NCBI GenBank assembly: GCA_963801355.1
Contig: CAWDEM010000008.1
Location: forward strand, 2,304,001-2,368,000
Direction of reading: 5' to 3'
Length of the DNA stretch: 64,000 bases
From: Ignavibacteriota bacterium
GTDB taxonomy: Bacteria; Bacteroidota; Ignavibacteria; UBA10030; UBA6906
The stretch's first letter is position 1; every line of letters starts with the position of its first letter. Of the stretch, positions 21,091 to 30,814 are shown one piece after another. The notes under the pieces are model-generated. The model had not been told where the DNA came from. It did not search any database and was given only the letters and a program-made list of their open reading frames with translations. The position numbers and the translations under genes are program-made.

Positions 21091-22247
21091 GGCGTCGTGA
21101 CCTCCGCGTACGGAGTCTCCAGGTACTGCTCCGCCTGGGACAACGAATCCTTGAACTCTTTCATGGTGCGGACTTTCCTGTACTGTGCAATGGCGAGTGC
21201 ACGTTTCCCCTGCAGGTCGTAAATCATGCCCATCTTGAGATTGGCCATCACCATGAACCCCGACGGTTCCCTGGCGTCGAGCTCACGGCAGAGTGCATCG
21301 CAGCGGTACCACTCCTCCAGGGCGGAGTCGTATCGCCGGGCATTCATGGCACAGAGGCCGAGGTAGTAGACCGCCTCACGCTCGACCGTCCGTGTATAGC
21401 CCCGCGCCCCCGCCTGTGCGCGGCCGGCAATTTCGCGGAAGGTACCTTCGGCCGCCGTCCAGTTCCCCAACAGCACATAGCAGCGCCCGACGTACTTGTG
21501 AAACACCATGTTACCGGGAAACCGCTCATGGAGAGACCGCGCGATCTCAAGCGCCTTCGGATAGTCGCGTTCATAGCTGTAGTAAATCTGCAAGAGAAAA
21601 TACGACGTTTCAACGGACGCATACCGTGCGCGTGACGCGGCGAGGCGGAGTTGCTCGATCCCCTTCTTCTTGTCCCCGGATGGAATGAACAACAACAACG
21701 GCTTAACGAAAGGATACTCGTTGGGGATCACCTCGGCGTAGTAGTTGTAAATGCCGGTACCGAGGAGAATATCGTAGTTGTGCGGGTCCAGTTCGCTGGC
21801 CTGTTGCACAAGCGGAAGGGCTTTCCGGCCGGCATTGGCCGCGGCCAGCCAATCATCCCGGTGAAACCGCAGCCGCCCCTCGAAGCCGATCGCCCCCCCC
21901 TTGAAGAAGAATGCATCAACGTCGTCCGGATTGCGCTCGAGCATGGAGTCGCACATGCTCACCACCTCCTCCAGATCGCGAAAGAACCGCTCATCGTATT
22001 GACGGTTATCCAGATCGATCATGATGCGCCACCAGGTAATCATCGCGCGGAAGAAATATCCGGAGGGATGTTTCGGTTGGAGGGTAATCAGCGTCGAGAA
22101 TTCCTTCTCGGCCGACTCGAATTCCAGATTGTACACGGCCTGGATGCCGCGCTGCACGGTCGCCTGATACACGGAATCGTCCAGCACCCCTGCGCGCGAA
22201 CCGACGGCACTGCAGAGCACCGCAATGACGAACATCAGCAGTCTCAT
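21087..22247 (-). CDS. Secreted tetratricopeptide repeat protein (possibly DUF3808/TTC39-like)
   Basis: Signal peptide; helical TPR-like repeats; coupled to both neighbours by 4-bp overlaps. Confidence 0.7.
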   Translation of the reverse strand: MRLLMFVIAVLCSAVGSRAGVLDDSVYQATVQRGIQAVYNLEFESAEKEFSTLITLQPKHPSGYFFRAMITWWRIMIDLDNRQYDERFFRDLEEVVSMCDSMLERNPDDVDAFFFKGGAIGFEGRLRFHRDDWLAAANAGRKALPLVQQASELDPHNYDILLGTGIYNYYAEVIPNEYPFVKPLLLFIPSGDKKKGIEQLRLAASRARYASVETSYFLLQIYYSYERDYPKALEIARSLHERFPGNMVFHKYVGRCYVLLGNWTAAEGTFREIAGRAQAGARGYTRTVEREAVYYLGLCAMNARRYDSALEEWYRCDALCRELDAREPSGFMVMANLKMGMIYDLQGKRALAIAQYRKVRTMKEFKDSLSQAEQYLETPYAEVTTP

Positions 22248-23164
22248 CCGGTCGCTCCTCCTGAAGGAGGAGCCGGAAGGATGTCTTCAACGGAATCCAG
22301 GGTGATGATCCCCTCCGGAGGCCGCAACAGCGGGGTCTTCAGAATGTACCACGTTGCAGCAACCAGCGCTATCGTGGCCAGGACTCCTCCCTCGGGGCCG
22401 AACTCCCCCCCCGTGAGCCACACGGGGCCCGATTGTTCGCTGAGAAAGAGGCGCCGCTCGGCGAATGCGAAGCCGCTCGTGGGAAAGGCATAGACCGTGG
22501 TCTGTGCAAAGTTCCAGGAAAGGTGAAGACCGAAGGGAAGCCAGAGACTCCGCGTCTTGAGATACGCAAACGAGAGCCATACTCCCGCGAGGAGAACGTT
22601 CGCCGTGCTCAGTATTGTTGCGTGAGGATTGCGGAAATGCGCAAGACCGAACAGCGCTGACATGAGCATCAGTGCCGGCAGAAATGTGATCCACTGCATC
22701 AGGGTCTGGAAAAGGTATCCGCGGAACAACAACTCCTCGAACATCGCCGAGAATGTGAAGTACAGCAGCGAAATCCCCACCGCACCCGAGATTTCCGCAG
22801 CCGTCAATCCGCACCACGACAGGTGGAGGACACCCAGACCGATTTCCACCAGAAAAATCCCCGTCATCATGAGGAAGCCGAGGAGCAGGCCGATGCCGCA
22901 CTCCCGCGGCGCGCGGGGATGCATCCACAATCCGACAGCCGCCAGCGGCTTGTGATTGACAAAACGCGTCACGACCCACGTGACGAGGAAAACGATGCCC
23001 AGCGGCAGGAGGCTCGATGCAACGGGTGTCCCGGCAAATGACGCCGGAAGCGCGTTATAGACGCCGATGCCGGCAATGGTCAGCAGGAGAAGGAACAGGA
23101 ATATTCTCCACCCGGCGCGGACTTCGTTATGCGGATCGCGGAAGACGTTGGTGAACAATGCCAT
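22244..23164 (-). CDS. CPBP (CAAX/Abi) family intramembrane metalloprotease
   Basis: Motifs FEELLFRGY, FGLAH and LHLSWN; multiple TM helices. Confidence 0.92.
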   Translation of the reverse strand: MALFTNVFRDPHNEVRAGWRIFLFLLLLTIAGIGVYNALPASFAGTPVASSLLPLGIVFLVTWVVTRFVNHKPLAAVGLWMHPRAPRECGIGLLLGFLMMTGIFLVEIGLGVLHLSWCGLTAAEISGAVGISLLYFTFSAMFEELLFRGYLFQTLMQWITFLPALMLMSALFGLAHFRNPHATILSTANVLLAGVWLSFAYLKTRSLWLPFGLHLSWNFAQTTVYAFPTSGFAFAERRLFLSEQSGPVWLTGGEFGPEGGVLATIALVAATWYILKTPLLRPPEGIITLDSVEDILPAPPSGGATG

Positions 23165-23244
23165 GATGACCTACGCGAGCTCCCGGGGCGCACCGCGAGC
23201 CGTCCGGGAGCGGATAGCCGCCGTCAGTGGAGAGCGCACCAGCT

Positions 23245-24573
23245 TCATAGACGCTCCTTGAGGTATGCCAGAAGGCGACCTGCCGCGATCCGTTCCTGCC
23301 GCATGGAGTCCCGTTCACGGACCGTCACACTCTGGTCCTCCAACGTCACGGAGTCGACCGTAATGCAGAACGGCGTGCCGACTTCATCCTGTCGGCGGTA
23401 TCGCCGGCCGACGGCACCGCTGTCGTCAAAGAAGACACGCATATGCGGACGGAGATCGGCTTCGATGGTTCGCGCGATTTCCGGCATGCCGTCACGGTTG
23501 ACAAGCGGAAACACAGCGACTTTCGTAGGAGCAAGCTTGGGATGGAATTTCATCACCGTGCGGAGTTCCATCTTTCCGTCGGCGGTCGGAGCCTCCTCCT
23601 CCGCATACGCATCGACGAGGAATGCCATAAATGACCGGCTGGCCCCCGCCGAAGTCTCTATCACCAGAGGCGTGAACTTCTCCTTTGTCTGTTCGTCGAA
23701 GTATTTCATCGACTTGCCGGAGAATTCCTCATGCCGGGAAAGGTCCCACGCCGCCCGGTTGTGGATGCCTTCAATTTCTCCCCATCCAAACGGGAAGTTG
23801 TATTCGATATCGTACGCATCCCGGGCGTAGTGCGCAAGTTTGTCCGGCTCGTGCTGATGGAACTGCAGCCGTTCAGCCCGCATGCCAAGCCTGCGGAACC
23901 AGTTGAGCCGTTCCTCTTTCCAGTACCCGAACCATTCGATATCAGTGCCGGGCTTGACGAAGAACTGCATTTCCATCTGCTCGAATTCCCGGGTGCGGAA
24001 GAGGAAGTTCTTTGTGTTAATCTCATTCCTGAAGGCCTTGCCGATCTGCGCAATGCCGAAGGGAATTTTCTGCCGGGATGAACTCTGAACATTCAGGAAG
24101 TTGACGAAGATGCCCTGCGCGGTCTCGGGCCGGAGGTAGACAACGGCGCTGGCGTCTTCCACGGGGCCGACGAACGTCTTAAACATCAGGTTGAATTGCC
24201 GTGCTTCGGTGAATTTTCCTTCCGCCTGGCATTTGTGTGCTTTCCGGCCTTTGTAGCCGGGATTCCCGCACATCGCGTCTTCAATCTGATCCGCCCGGAA
24301 TCGCGCCTTGCATTCCTTGCAGTCCACCATGGGATCCGTGAAATTTTCCACATGACCCGAGGCGTTCCAGACGGTGGGGTGCATCAGGATCGCCGCGTCG
24401 ATGCCCTCGATATCCTCCCGGTAGGTCATCGCCTGCCACCACTGCTCCTTCACGTTGCGCAGGAGTTCCACCCCGAGAGGACCATAGTCCCAGCACCCGT
24501 TCAAGCCGCCGTAGATCTCACTTGATTGAAAGACAAACCCGCGTCGCTTGGCCAGCGACACAATTTTTTCCAT
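23245..24573 (-). CDS. glyQS: Glycine--tRNA ligase (alpha2 homodimeric type)
   Basis: Motifs KRRGF, LRPETAQGIF, GKAFRNEI, FRTREFEQME and GRRYRRQDEVGTP. Confidence 0.97.
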   Translation of the reverse strand: MEKIVSLAKRRGFVFQSSEIYGGLNGCWDYGPLGVELLRNVKEQWWQAMTYREDIEGIDAAILMHPTVWNASGHVENFTDPMVDCKECKARFRADQIEDAMCGNPGYKGRKAHKCQAEGKFTEARQFNLMFKTFVGPVEDASAVVYLRPETAQGIFVNFLNVQSSSRQKIPFGIAQIGKAFRNEINTKNFLFRTREFEQMEMQFFVKPGTDIEWFGYWKEERLNWFRRLGMRAERLQFHQHEPDKLAHYARDAYDIEYNFPFGWGEIEGIHNRAAWDLSRHEEFSGKSMKYFDEQTKEKFTPLVIETSAGASRSFMAFLVDAYAEEEAPTADGKMELRTVMKFHPKLAPTKVAVFPLVNRDGMPEIARTIEADLRPHMRVFFDDSGAVGRRYRRQDEVGTPFCITVDSVTLEDQSVTVRERDSMRQERIAAGRLLAYLKERL

Positions 24574-24583
24574 GATGTCGGTA

Positions 24584-25048
24584 CTAATGGCTCGATCCCT
24601 TTCGTGACTGCTGTATGGACGTACGCATATCGAGAATGACCTGCATGACGGCTGCCCCGTCTTTCATGATCAGCAAAGAGACGTTCTTTTCACGGAGATG
24701 CTCTGTGCCGACGACTACGGCGCCGAGATCAGCAAGGGCGCCCCCGAGAGCGCTGTTGAACTCAACACTGGAGAACTCCGGTGCCACCAGCAACCGCACT
24801 GCGGGGGGGCTGGCGTTTCCCGGCCGTGCCGGGATAAAACGCAGGGCACTGCGTGGAATCCTGAAGGCGGCGGCCACCGCTTCCACCTGTTGTGCAACCG
24901 TTCGCCCTCCGCCTTGAACAGCAGGCTCAGGCGTGCGCTTGACGGAGGAACCGGCATGACCCGTCAGCTGCCCGACGACAACAAGGCCGATCGCACAGAC
25001 GGCCAGCAGTGCGACGATCCAGACCCTGAATCTGCGATACACGTTCAC
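24584..25048 (-). CDS. Hypothetical membrane-anchored protein
   Basis: GTG start; single N-terminal TM helix; fits tightly between ECH and glyQS on the same strand. Confidence 0.65.
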   Translation of the reverse strand: MNVYRRFRVWIVALLAVCAIGLVVVGQLTGHAGSSVKRTPEPAVQGGGRTVAQQVEAVAAAFRIPRSALRFIPARPGNASPPAVRLLVAPEFSSVEFNSALGGALADLGAVVVGTEHLREKNVSLLIMKDGAAVMQVILDMRTSIQQSRKGSSH

Positions 25049-25051
25049 GTG

Positions 25052-25840
25052 TTACGATCCCCGAAATACCGGTGGTCTCTTCTTCAAGAATGCCTGCACT
25101 CCCTCACGAAAATCCCCGGTCGCACAGCACTCTGCGAACTGCGCCGACTCGTGCGCCATTTCCGCTGACGGTGCCTCTGTATTTCCGCCAAAGAAAGCCC
25201 GCAGTAGTGCCTGCACGGCCAGCGGCGCCTTGGCAGCCAGCCCGCGCGCAAGTTCCATAGCGGACGGAAGAAGGTTTGGCGCCGGCAACACGCCTTGCAC
25301 CAGACCGATGCGCAACGCCTCCGCAGCATCAATCTGCCTGCCGGTCAACATGAGCTCAAGCGCCTTTCCCCTTCCTACGAGCTTCGGAAGGCGCTCCGTG
25401 CCGCCGTAGCCGGGGATCGTACCCAGATTCACCTCCGGCATCCCGAACCTCGCGCTCTCCGAGGCCAGGCGCAGGTGGCACGCCAGCGCCAGTTCGCACC
25501 CGCCGCCGAGGGCGTAGCCGTTGACCGCGGCGATCACGGGTTTGCCGATCTGCTCGATAAGGTTCATCAATGCGTGTCCCTGTTGCGAGAACGTCAGGCC
25601 GCGTTCGCGATCCAGCCCGGCCAGTTCTTCCACATCGGTTCCCGCAACAAACGCCTTCCCGCCGGCACCGGTGATCACTATCGCCCGCACAGAGGCATCA
25701 TCGCGCAGCAGCTCCATAAGCCCGAGCAATTCCTGCTTGGCAACGGCATTGAGCGCGTTCATCCGTGCAGGACGATTCACCGTGACACAGACCACGGGTC
25801 CGTCCGGTTCCACACGCAATGTCGTCAGTGCCTCATACAT
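25052..25840 (-). CDS. Enoyl-CoA hydratase/isomerase (crotonase family)
   Basis: Motifs NRP..MNALN, AFVAGTD, AAVNGYALGGGCELA and PEVNLG.IPG.GG; ATG at 25840. Confidence 0.93.
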   Translation of the reverse strand: MYEALTTLRVEPDGPVVCVTVNRPARMNALNAVAKQELLGLMELLRDDASVRAIVITGAGGKAFVAGTDVEELAGLDRERGLTFSQQGHALMNLIEQIGKPVIAAVNGYALGGGCELALACHLRLASESARFGMPEVNLGTIPGYGGTERLPKLVGRGKALELMLTGRQIDAAEALRIGLVQGVLPAPNLLPSAMELARGLAAKAPLAVQALLRAFFGGNTEAPSAEMAHESAQFAECCATGDFREGVQAFLKKRPPVFRGS

Positions 25841-25853
25841 GCGCCGCCCGATC

Positions 25854-26918
25854 TCACACGACTTCAACGCGGCTCTGGTCACCAATCAAGAAACGGTGCA
25901 CCAGAGGTTTGCCGGTTGCCTCAACGATCTCCACGTCATTCCCGAGGATGCTGCCTTCGAGCCGGATGCCAATATTGAGAATCTTGCAGTCCCGGAGAAT
26001 GATGCTGTATTCCACTTCGCTCCGCCGCACGATGGTGTTCATGCCGATGGAGGAAAAGGGGCCGACATAGGAATCTTCGATCAGGCAATGCTCACCGATG
26101 ATGGCAGGCCCCCTCACGACGCTGTTTACAATCCTGGCACCGCGCCGCACAATCACCTTCCCGGCGATTACCGAGCGCTCGTCAACCTCGCCCTCGATGC
26201 TCGGCGTGATGTTGTCCAGCACCAGACGGTTCGCCTCCAGCAGATCGGTGGGTTTGCCGGTGTCCTTCCACCACCCGGTGATCTCCGCAAACCCGACCTT
26301 GTACCCTTTGTCGATGAGATACTGGTGCGCATCTGAGATTTCCAGTTCACCCCGTGCACTTGGCGTGATCGCCTTGACAGCCTCGAAGATGTGGTGGTCG
26401 TACAGATAGATGCCCGCCACGGCAAAGGAGCTTTTGGGGTGCTTCGGCTTCTCTTCCACCGAGACAATCCTCCCGTTGGATATTTCCGGCACGCCGAACC
26501 GTTCCGGATCCTTGACCCTGGAGAGCGTCAGGTAGCAGTTGCACCCGCTCTTGAGAAATTCATCGATAAAACGGCGAACGCCGCCCACCACCATGTTGTC
26601 GCCGAGGTAGAAGATAAATTTGTCTTGTGCCACAAAGTCCTCCGCAAGAGCCACAACCTGTGCAAGGCCCCCGGGAGACACCTGCGGGATATAGGTGATG
26701 TGAATACCCCATCGCGATCCGTCGCCGATAGCGTTGGGTACCTCGTCGCTGTCGGCATTGATCACAATAGCGACTTCCTTGATTCCTGCATCTGCGGCCG
26801 CCTCGATGGCATAGTGGAGGATGGGCTTGTTCGCGATGGGAATCAGATGTTTGTTTCGTGTGTGCGTGATCGGACGCAGTCGCGTCCCGCGTCCGCCGCT
26901 CGCGATGAGAGCTTTCAA
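25854..26918 (-). CDS. Glucose-1-phosphate thymidylyltransferase (long form with beta-helix tail)
   Basis: Motifs GGRGTRLRPIT, YLGDN, EEKP, SARGELEI and WWKDTG; TTG start. Confidence 0.92.
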   Translation of the reverse strand: MKALIASGGRGTRLRPITHTRNKHLIPIANKPILHYAIEAAADAGIKEVAIVINADSDEVPNAIGDGSRWGIHITYIPQVSPGGLAQVVALAEDFVAQDKFIFYLGDNMVVGGVRRFIDEFLKSGCNCYLTLSRVKDPERFGVPEISNGRIVSVEEKPKHPKSSFAVAGIYLYDHHIFEAVKAITPSARGELEISDAHQYLIDKGYKVGFAEITGWWKDTGKPTDLLEANRLVLDNITPSIEGEVDERSVIAGKVIVRRGARIVNSVVRGPAIIGEHCLIEDSYVGPFSSIGMNTIVRRSEVEYSIILRDCKILNIGIRLEGSILGNDVEIVEATGKPLVHRFLIGDQSRVEVV

Positions 26919-27859
26919 TGGGATTCCTCTGTTCCGAATGGTTGTTTCAGATACGACAGCGACAGCTCCATCAGGTCCTTCACCTGAGCGTTCGTGATCG
27001 TGCCTTTCTCCTTCGCCAGGCGCACGGTCTCAAGGGTCATGCGCGCATAATACGGAATCAGTGCGGGGGCGAACCGCTTCAAGGCCTCAAAGTGCCTGGC
27101 GATTGTCTCCGTTCCTCCGCGTGCCACCGGACCGGTGAGAGCCTTCGCGGGAGATGTTGCCCGGACATTGTGGAGGGTCGCGCGGAGAATAGGCGAAAAT
27201 GTTTCCAGAAAGTCCCTCCGTCCGGGGGCGATTTCGCGGTGAAAGGCGGCCAGGATTCCCAGGAGCGTGGTCAGGTGATTCGATGCCACGACGCACGCGG
27301 CGTGGTAGAACTCCCGCATCTCCGGCGGTACCAGGAGCGTGGTTCCATCCAGCGCGCGCGCCAGCAAGCGGGCCTTCCGGATGCCGGCGGGCAGGCCGTC
27401 CACCCCGTACACAATCCCCCGCGCCGACGGCACGATCTTGCGGGGTGGAAACTCCCGGGGGAAGGTCTGTATTGGATGGAACGAAAATACGGTGGCGCCC
27501 ACATCGCGCAGAGGCGCGAGGGCTTCTGCAGTGAGCATGCCGCTCGCATGGCATACTGCAACACCCCGCCAGGAAAACCCGTTCCGGCGCGCCAACACAC
27601 GCGCGACATCCCTGACCGCTCCATGCGGGGTGGTAATCATGATCACCTGCGTCCCCTGCGGAATGACGTCAGGAGAGGTGGATACCGTGCGACACGACAG
27701 CAGACGGCCGCACCGGCGGGCCGAAGACATGCTGCGCGAGACCACCGCGGTAATGCGGTGACCGTTCTCGACCAGGATCCGGCCCAACACCGACCCTACG
27801 GCACCCGCACCGATGATCGCAATATGGAGGGGCTGCGGACGTTTCATTGCACCGGTCAT
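26915..27859 (-). CDS. Rossmann-like + DUF2520 protein (PanG-type ketopantoate reductase candidate)
   Basis: Motifs IIGAGAVG, HASG, FHPIQTF, YHAACVVASN and LTGPVARG; ATGA overlap with amrB. Confidence 0.85.
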   Translation of the reverse strand: MTGAMKRPQPLHIAIIGAGAVGSVLGRILVENGHRITAVVSRSMSSARRCGRLLSCRTVSTSPDVIPQGTQVIMITTPHGAVRDVARVLARRNGFSWRGVAVCHASGMLTAEALAPLRDVGATVFSFHPIQTFPREFPPRKIVPSARGIVYGVDGLPAGIRKARLLARALDGTTLLVPPEMREFYHAACVVASNHLTTLLGILAAFHREIAPGRRDFLETFSPILRATLHNVRATSPAKALTGPVARGGTETIARHFEALKRFAPALIPYYARMTLETVRLAKEKGTITNAQVKDLMELSLSYLKQPFGTEESH

Positions 27860-28689
27860 GCGGACATCACCGCCGAACAGTAGCCGACAACGCTGTGGTG
27901 GTCGCCGGTGACCTGGCCGGAATTCGTGTGCGCCAGTATCCGCAGTCGATGCGCACCAAGTGCACGCGCGGCGATCATCACCGCAACTACGGGTCCTCCG
28001 CCACATGCCTCCGCACGGCCTTCCTCTATGTCAGTCATGAGCCGGTCCGGTTCGAATTTTTCCAGATCGGCGAGAACAATGCCATCCCGGCGGTCGGCTT
28101 CCGGCGCGGCATAGAAATGCGAAAGGTCCGTGCTCGCCACAAGAAGACTCCGCTCATTCCGCAAGAGGTCGCCGAGTTCTTCGCCCAGAGTGTAGCAGGT
28201 CTCCCTGGACTGATCCCCCATGACGAGGGGCAGCAAAAGGAAATTGCCCAGGGCCTTCTGCAGAAAGGGTACATGGACTTCCACCGCATGTTCCGCACCA
28301 TGCCCGGCAACGGAAGCCTTCACTACGCCGGACAACGTCAGAAGCCGCTCTCTCAGCGCAGTAGCGATCGAGACCTGTCCGAGAGGAGTTTCATACGCGT
28401 CCCCGGGGTAGATAGAAACCCCCGAGAAGTACTCTCTATGGCTTGGTGAGACGACAACGACCGATGAGAACGAACATCCCTTCACGAGGGAATAGGCGGC
28501 AGCTGCCGTTTGACCGGAATACACGTACCCTGCATGGGGAACAATGAGGGCGATGGGTTTCTCCCGCGAAGCCGTGGACGGCGCCTGTCCCAGCATGGCC
28601 TCGATGTCCCCCGAGAGCTCCGCCGGGGAGCCCGGATAGAACATCCCCGAAACGGCCGCCTTGCGTACGGAATCAGGAAGACGCGTCAT
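27856..28689 (-). CDS. amrB: AmmeMemoRadiSam system protein B (MEMO1 family)
   Basis: Motifs AVSGMFYP, PHAGYVYSG, EHAVEVHVPFLQ, STDLSH, CGGGP and VVGY. Confidence 0.93.
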   Translation of the reverse strand: MTRLPDSVRKAAVSGMFYPGSPAELSGDIEAMLGQAPSTASREKPIALIVPHAGYVYSGQTAAAAYSLVKGCSFSSVVVVSPSHREYFSGVSIYPGDAYETPLGQVSIATALRERLLTLSGVVKASVAGHGAEHAVEVHVPFLQKALGNFLLLPLVMGDQSRETCYTLGEELGDLLRNERSLLVASTDLSHFYAAPEADRRDGIVLADLEKFEPDRLMTDIEEGRAEACGGGPVVAVMIAARALGAHRLRILAHTNSGQVTGDHHSVVGYCSAVMSA

Positions 28690-29269
28690 GGGATTTCTCA
28701 CTCTCTTCGAAGACAACGGCGGAAAAAACGTACAGCTTGGTCATCTCGTCCCGCCACGCTCCAGAGGGAACTCCGGCTTTCCGTGCCACATTGTCCAGAA
28801 ATTCTTCTCTCCCCCAACCATATTCTGTTGCAACCTGGGGTAAAAGCAAGCCCCTGTGCCACCCGTGTTCCAACAGCAGACCGTGCGTGCCGACGACAAT
28901 TTCTTCGATGGACTTGATGCGTTTCATCGGCGAGAGCACCGAAATCTCGATATGCACCCGCCGGAACTCATCCGGTGTGAGCGGCGGAAAGCGGGGATCC
29001 TCAAACGCTGCTTTCTCGGCGACTTCATCGATGACACTGGAGAGGGGGTCCGAGGACTCGATGTAACCGATGCAGCCCCGTAGATTATGGTCGATGCGCA
29101 GTGTGACGAATGCGCCTGCCGGTTCGGCAAGCACGCCGTTGAGCGCCCCCTCGAACGCTGTGGCGCTCCTTGCAGCCGGTACGGCCTCCGGATACCGCTG
29201 GTGCAACGCCCGGGCAACCGAAACCCTGGCAATGTCCAGCGCGGCAAGACGCTCTTCTGCACTCAGCAT
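28673..29269 (-). CDS. amrA: AmmeMemoRadiSam system protein A (AMMECR1 family)
   Basis: Motifs GAFVTL, LRGCIG, AAFEDPRF, EISVLS and GLLLPQVA. Confidence 0.94.
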   Translation of the reverse strand: MLSAEERLAALDIARVSVARALHQRYPEAVPAARSATAFEGALNGVLAEPAGAFVTLRIDHNLRGCIGYIESSDPLSSVIDEVAEKAAFEDPRFPPLTPDEFRRVHIEISVLSPMKRIKSIEEIVVGTHGLLLEHGWHRGLLLPQVATEYGWGREEFLDNVARKAGVPSGAWRDEMTKLYVFSAVVFEESEKSHDASS

Positions 29270-29407
29270 GGCGAAGTGTTCCTCATAATCATGGAAACGT
29301 AATCAAAACCGTCAAGACTTGCAACCAACCCCGAAATCGTCATATTGCTTCTGTGCGCGGGCTTCAGTAGATTCTCACGAGTTTTTTTCACCAGGGAGCG
29401 AAAAATT

Positions 29408-30814
29408 ATGTCTCTGATGGTAAGTATATCAGGAATCCGCGGGGTCATCGGCGAAACGCTCACCCCCGAAGTTATCACGCGCTATGCCTCAGCGTATGTC
29501 GCTTATTGCCGTCGCAAGACAATCACCCCGCCGGTTATCGTGGTCGGAGGGGACGGGCGCATCACCGGGAAACCCGTGACCGATATCCTCTGCGCGGCAC
29601 TTCGCCTGGCAGGCGCACATGTCGTCAATATCGGCATTTGCCCGACTCCGACGGTGCAGCTGGCGGTGGAACACGAACACGCAGGGGGAGGCATTGCCGT
29701 GACCGCAAGTCACAACCCCATGCAATGGAATGGATTGAAATTCATGGCTGCGTCCGGACTGTTTCTGGATCCCGCCGAAAACGCGGAGTTCTGGAAGCTG
29801 GCGTCGGAAACTCCGCACTATCAGCCATGGGATGCAATCGGCAGCGAAGAGGTCAATACCTCATGGCTCCAACGCCATATCGCCCTCGTACTGGATCTGC
29901 CCCTGCTCCGGACCGACATCATCCGGCGACGGCATTTTCACGTTGTGCTCGACTGCGTCAATGCCGCGGGAGGAATGATCGTGCCTGCGCTCTTGCGTGA
30001 GCTCGGATGTGACGTCGAGGAGATGAACTGTGAAGTGGGAGGGGTCTTCAAACACACGCCCGAACCCATCCCGGAGAACCTCACCGGTCTGGCAGCGAGG
30101 GTCGCCGCGTCACATGCCGACCTGGGCATCGCCGTGGATCCCGATGTTGACCGGCTCGTCCTCATCAATGAACGCGGGGAGCCATACGGCGAGGAGTATA
30201 CAATCGCCACTGCAGTGGATTTTGTCCTGAAACAACAGCAACGCTTCGGTGCTCCGCCGGCGGCCCCGCGTGTCGTCATCAACCTTTCCACCACCCGCGC
30301 GGTCGAAGACATCGCCCGCCGCTACGGAGCGGAGGTCGTGCGGACGCCGGTAGGAGAAATCAACGTCGCCGCAAGGATTCGTGACATCGGCGCGGTCATC
30401 GGTGGCGAAGGGAGCGGCGGAGTAATTCTCCCGGCCGTCCACCTCGGCCGCGACGCCATCGTCGGCATCGGCCTTGTCCTTCAGCACCTCGCGGAGTCTG
30501 GAGGGACGCTCAGCCAGTTGAAGGCATCACTCCCGCAGTACGCAATCGCCAAAGGCAAGCTTGAGCTCCGCGGAGTCGCCCCCGACGAAGTGCTCGCCAC
30601 GATGAAATCGCGGCATGCCTCAAAAGGCAAGATCAACACGGATGACGGGATCCGCATCGATTATCCCGAATACTGGGTCCATTTGCGGAAATCCAACACC
30701 GAACCGATCATCCGGATTATCGCCGAGGCGTCAACCCCGGAACACGCCCGGAACGTCGTGAGCGCATTTCGCGACGAGATCTCGGGACTTATGGGTCCAT
30801 CCCGTACATCCTGA
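29408..30814 (+). CDS. glmM: Phosphoglucosamine mutase / phosphohexomutase
   Basis: MVSISGIRG start; phosphoserine motif TASHNP; DPDVDR, GEGSGG and SNTEP. Confidence 0.85.
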   Translation: MSLMVSISGIRGVIGETLTPEVITRYASAYVAYCRRKTITPPVIVVGGDGRITGKPVTDILCAALRLAGAHVVNIGICPTPTVQLAVEHEHAGGGIAVTASHNPMQWNGLKFMAASGLFLDPAENAEFWKLASETPHYQPWDAIGSEEVNTSWLQRHIALVLDLPLLRTDIIRRRHFHVVLDCVNAAGGMIVPALLRELGCDVEEMNCEVGGVFKHTPEPIPENLTGLAARVAASHADLGIAVDPDVDRLVLINERGEPYGEEYTIATAVDFVLKQQQRFGAPPAAPRVVINLSTTRAVEDIARRYGAEVVRTPVGEINVAARIRDIGAVIGGEGSGGVILPAVHLGRDAIVGIGLVLQHLAESGGTLSQLKASLPQYAIAKGKLELRGVAPDEVLATMKSRHASKGKINTDDGIRIDYPEYWVHLRKSNTEPIIRIIAEASTPEHARNVVSAFRDEISGLMGPSRTS

